Source of the DNA: Eledone cirrhosa | Lineage: Eukaryota | Length of the DNA: 64,000 nucleotides | NCBI GenBank assembly: GCA_964016885.1 | Contig: OZ024749.1 | Location: 1,736,001-1,800,000, forward strand | Reading direction: 5' to 3' | In this document: piece after piece, positions 58,623 to 64,000 of the stretch | Layout of the letters: every line of letters starts with the position of its first letter | Position numbering within the stretch: the first letter of the stretch is position 1 | The notes under the pieces: model-generated | The model's input: only the letters and a program-made list of their open reading frames with translations | The model's database searches: none | What the model was told of the DNA's origin: nothing | Translations under genes and position numbers: made by a program

Positions 58623-59480
58623 GATGATGATTAGAGGAAAGTGATGATTAGAGGAAAGTGATGATATAGAGGAAAGTGATGATTAGAGGAAAGTGATGAT
58701 TAGAGGAAAGTGATGATTAGAGGAAAGTGATGGTATAGAGGAAAGTGATGATTAGAGGAAAGTGATGATATAGAGGAAAGTGATGATTAGAGGAAAGTGA
58801 TGGTATAGAGGAAAGTGATGATTAGAGGAAAGTGATGGTATAGAGGAAAGTGATGATTAGAGGAAAGTGATGGTATAGAGGAAAGTGATGATTAGAGGAA
58901 AGTGATGATATAGAGGAAAGTGATGATTAGAGGAAAGTGATGGTATAGAGGAAAGTGATGATTAGAGGAAAGTGATGGTATAGAGGAAAGTGATGATTAG
59001 AGGAAAGTGATGATATAGAGGAAAGTGATGATTAGAGGAAAGTGATGGTATAGAGGAAAGTGATGATTAGAGGAAAGTGATGGTATAGAGGAAAGTGATG
59101 ATTAGAGGAAAGTGATGGTATAGAGGAAAGTGATGATTAGAGGAAAGTGATGATATAGAGGAAAGTGATGATTAGAGGAAAGTGATGGTATAGAGGAAAG
59201 TGATGATTAGAGGAAAGTGATGGTATAGAGGAAAGTGATGATTAGAGGAAAGTGATGGTATAGAGGAAAGTGATGATTAGAGGAAAGTGATGGTATAGAG
59301 GAAAGTGATGATTAGAGGAAAGTGATGGTATAGAGGAAAGTGATGATTAGAGGAAAGTGATGATATAGAGGAAAGTCATGGTATAGAGGAAAGTGATGGT
59401 ATAGAGGAAAGTGATGATTAGAGGAAAGTGATGATTAGAGGAAGGAAAGTGATGATTAGAGGAAAGTGATGATTAGAGGA
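58623..59480. repeat. 17/18-bp minisatellite (tgatgattagaggaaag / tgatggtatagaggaaag), mostly alternating
   Basis: Direct reading; 35-bp dimer periodicity. Confidence 0.95.
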
Positions 59481-61059
59481 AGATAGAAGATGATATAGGG
59501 GGGAAAATAAACGATGATATAAAAAAAAGATGTTTTAGAGGAATAAGAAATATGAAGCAGTAGCCAAGATAGTCAACGAAGACACATGACACATGACATC
59601 ATTAGTGATAAGAACAATAATTATCTAAATGACTAATTTTGATCAATAAAACAAGGGAGACAACCGATAAATTTTAATTAATCAAAATTTATTAAATATA
59701 GAATGCAGTTAAATAAGTAATCTTATAACAGCAGCTGGTGTTGATATTACTTGGTGTAGTGGTTGTAGTAGTTGTAACAGGGGTGATGGTAGTATTCATT
59801 GTTGTTTAACACCAGGTCAGCTCTACAACGAGCAGACCTATGATCAAAGACACTCCAGCTGTGACCATTCCGTCTTCTTTATTATTATTATTATTATCTT
59901 TCTTTTTCAAACGTTGCCTGTTTCAGGCTATTTTATTCAATTTGTCCTGCAATTTTTTTTTTTTTTTTATAAAAGACAGTACGGTATGATTTGAAGCATA
60001 TTTGGCTACTATTTCTAGCAGTCTGAAGAACCACACAGTGGCTCCTTCGCAGTTGTTTTGTTGTTGTTTAGCTCCCGACTGGTATGCCAGTGATATTTGC
60101 ACTGCCCTTCCATCAATACTATTAAAAAAGCTCCGGCCCAGTTCTTCATCGAACAGAGACCAATGAACAAAGACTTCCCAGCCAAGACTATCACATTTAC
60201 CCTTCCCCCTCTAATGTAAATATAACTAGGACTACGCCATTATAAAGTGAGTCCTTGTTTTAAGGTCTAGTGCGAGATCTTGGACTAAGTATATCTAGGA
60301 CTACATCATTATAAAGTGTATCCTTCTTTTATAGTCTGTAGCTTGAGATCTGAGAATGACTTGACTGCTTCTGTTGACCATGTGGAGTAGAGGCTTAGAT
60401 ATTTACTCTTGAAGTAGTAACCGGCTCTAGCTGTTTTACTCAGGGTTGCCCTTCTCCCATTCCTGTTTTTTTTTTCTTTTCGTTTGTTGCAGTGTATCAA
60501 ACCATTATTAATTAAAATACATCGGGAAGTGTAATCATAGTAGTAGTAGTAGTAGTAGTAGTAGTATGCTGTATGTAACAATCGGTTGCGTCACGAAGAT
60601 TCATTCCAACAATAGTGTTGTTGGTAGAAATTGTAGTAGTAGTGGAGGTAGTTGTGATGGTGGGGTGTTCACCTAACTGTTATTTGGTCTCATTAACAAG
60701 GGGTGGGGTGGGGTGGAGAATTTGGGAGGAGATTGTTGAAAAAGTTGGGTATGACTATATTGAGTGGGGTGGTGCTGATGGTAATGGTGACGGTGGTGAT
60801 GGCAGCGATCACACTAATGATGGAGAGGGGGGGTGGGGTGAATTAGATGTTATTGTGTGGGTGTGTGTGTGTGTGTGGTGAGTGGTGAAGCGGGTACCAA
60901 TTGTATTGGTGATGGTGTTGATGTTCGTTGCTCTGGTTGTTGGTGGTTGTACTAAACAGGAAGCGACAGCCGGGTGGCGGCGGCGGCGGTCGTTGTTTAT
61001 ATCCTCGTCAATTACAGTTAAGTTTATTCTACCCCCTCGACCCCATCCTGTCCTACATA

Positions 61060-61280
61060 ATAATTGTTTCTACTTTAGACACAAGGCCAGCAATTTTTGG
61101 GGAGGGGGAAAGTTGATTAAATCGACACCAGTGTATTACTGGTGCTTTATTTTATCGACTCCGTAAGGATGAAATGCAAAGCTAACCTCAGTGGGATTTG
61201 AAGTCAGATTGTTAAGAGGCGTAACCCTATGCCATAAAGCATATTCTCCGACGCTCAACCGATACTGCCAATCTACCACC
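61060..61280 (-). mobile_element. S1-related SINE, full length
   Basis: ataattgtttctactttagacacaaggccagc ... ccgatactgccaatctaccacc. Confidence 0.85.
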
Positions 61281-61942
61281 CTCTTGCCCTAAATAATAAT
61301 AATAATGTTGAGGATCAATTGCAACGCAATGTGCTGATGTGGTGATGCGACGCAAAACGTCTCTACTTTCTAACTAAACATGCCATTCCTGCCTCAACCC
61401 CTCCCCCCCAAATCCTTGATGAAATTTGAACCAAGATCAACACCAATCAACATAAAGCTAAGTGTAGGATCAAATTAAGAGCAAGGTAGGATCAAATTAA
61501 GAGCAAGATCAAGGCAAATCCAAGATCAAGGCAATACCAAGATCAAGGAAAGAACTAGATCAAGGTAGTAAAAAAGCAATACCAAGATCAAAGCATGACT
61601 TACATCACGATGAGCCAAGATCAAGGTGAGACCATAACTAAATGAAGGTAGTGTCAACATCAAGGCAATACTAACTCAAGCCAATACAACTAACCAACCA
61701 ACCAACCGACCAACCAACCAGCCAACCAACCAACCAACCAACTAACCAACCAGCCAACCAACCAACCAACCAACTAACCAACCAGCCAACCAACCAACTA
61801 GCCAGCCAATCAGCCAACTGAATCAACAAACCAGCCAACAATCCAATCCCCCCACCTACATACACACATCCACACAAACACACACAGACACATCCACGCA
61901 AACACACACATCGACAACACACACAAACACACATATCGACAA

Positions 61943-61974
<32 letters not shown>

Positions 61975-62493
61975 GACTAAAAATGTTATTTTTACTTGTT
62001 TCTCTTCTTTTCTTCTCTTTTTCCCCTTTTTTCTTTGATGTTATGATTATAATTATTAATATTATTATTATTAAGATGACATTCACATATTGCTTATATA
62101 TATATATATATGTGTGTGAGTCACATATTGCTTATATATATATATGTGTGTGAGTCACATATTGCTTATATATATATATATATGTGTGTGAGTCACATAT
62201 TGCTTATATATATATATGTATGTACGTATATTTTCTAGACGTGGTTCATTTTGTGGCAATTTGTTAGTTATATAATCATAATTTCAAAAAAATAGTTTGT
62301 GTGTTATTTTGTTTTAGCTGAAAGTGCTAAGTTCTAGAGCTCCGAAAACCGGGAGTTTCGCTTTCCTGTGTAATATGTAATTATTAGAGGCTGTCTCTTG
62401 ATTGGGGTGGTGAAAGTTGACACCCCACCCATCGGGGTCTGCAATAGAAAGAGGAACACACACATATATACAAATATACATACATATCTACAA

Positions 62494-62496
<3 letters not shown>

Positions 62497-62564
<68 letters not shown>

Positions 62565-62990
62565 ATATATATATAGTATATATATATATGTTATATATAT
62601 ATATATGTTATATATATATATATATATGGTTTATATATAGGATATATATATATATATATGATATATATATATATATGATATATATATATGATATATATAT
62701 ATATATGATATATATATATGATATATATATATATATGATATATATATATATATATATTGATATATATATATATATATATATGGTATATATATACATATGA
62801 TATATATATATATATATATATGATATATATATATATAAAATATATATATATATATATATATGATATATATATATATAAAATATATATATATATATATGTA
62901 TATATATGGTATATATATATGATATATATATATGGTATATAGTATATATATGATATATATATATATATATGATATATATATATATATATA

Positions 62991-63034
<44 letters not shown>

Positions 63035-63249
63035 TATATATATATGATATATATATATATATATATGGTATATATATATGATATATATATATATATATAT
63101 GATATATATATATATATGATATATATATATATGTATATATGCTATATATATGATATATATATATATATATATGTATATATGCTATATATATATATAATAT
63201 ATATGATATATACATATATAGATATATATGATATATACATATATAGATA

Positions 63250-63318
<69 letters not shown>

Positions 63319-63630
63319 AAACATATGTACATATATAGATAGATAAATATACATATAAGAATATATGCGTATACATACACTTATATACATACATATATAT
63401 ATATGTCCATGTGCATACATATATATTTATGTACAGAAATCTATGTACATACATACGTACATACGTACGTACATATATACATATATACATACATATATAT
63501 ATATACCATATATCATATATATATATATAACATTACTACCACTCTCGACAATTTTCTACTAGTTTAACACGAAGTGGTTTTTGTCGCAAAGTACATTAGA
63601 TATATATATATATATATTTATATATAAGCA

Positions 63631-63690
<60 letters not shown>

Positions 63691-63700
63691 CATGAATATT

Positions 63701-63751
<51 letters not shown>

Positions 63752-63843
63752 GTATACGTATATGTATATATATATATATGTATACGTATATATATATATA
63801 TATGCATATGTATATATATATGCATATGTATATGTATATATAT

Positions 63844-63875
<32 letters not shown>

Positions 63876-63888
63876 GTATACGTATATG

Positions 63889-63937
<49 letters not shown>

Positions 63938-63962
63938 GTATATATATATGTATATATATATG

Positions 63963-63993
<31 letters not shown>

Positions 63994-64000
63994 GTATATA
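62497..64000. repeat. Compound (TA)n array; similar arrays at 48000-48487, 50516-51095 and 53560-54345
   Basis: Direct reading. Confidence 0.97.

Overview
AT-rich, microsatellite-saturated animal genomic DNA. The SINE/LINE repertoire and compound (TA)n tracts suggest an octopod cephalopod, which is inference only. The only host gene I can support is the 3' end of GCC2/GCC185 (GRIP-domain golgin): four + strand exons at 2932-3014, 7859-8002, 8408-8516 and 12325-12404. The rest is transposon-derived or simple sequence: a near full-length frameshifted DD35D pogo (Passer/POGK-like) transposon, a truncated R4/Dong-like RLE retrotransposon, RTE/RTEX-like LINE pieces (one with a twin-priming-type 5' inversion), tRNA-derived SINEs, minisatellites and very large (TA)n arrays. 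Nearly all ORFs in the supplied track are repeat artefacts. The most striking signal, found by reading by eye, is about 20 type-I hammerhead-ribozyme-like motifs from more than 10 unrelated sequence families. They lie mostly in short islands between (TA)n tracts, often inside fold-back inverted repeats, as expected for Penelope-like element (PLE) pLTR remnants. They include U4C and U4A core variants and a recurrent U-U pair at the base of stem II. Folds were assigned by hand, no activity is demonstrated, and repeat boundaries are approximate.
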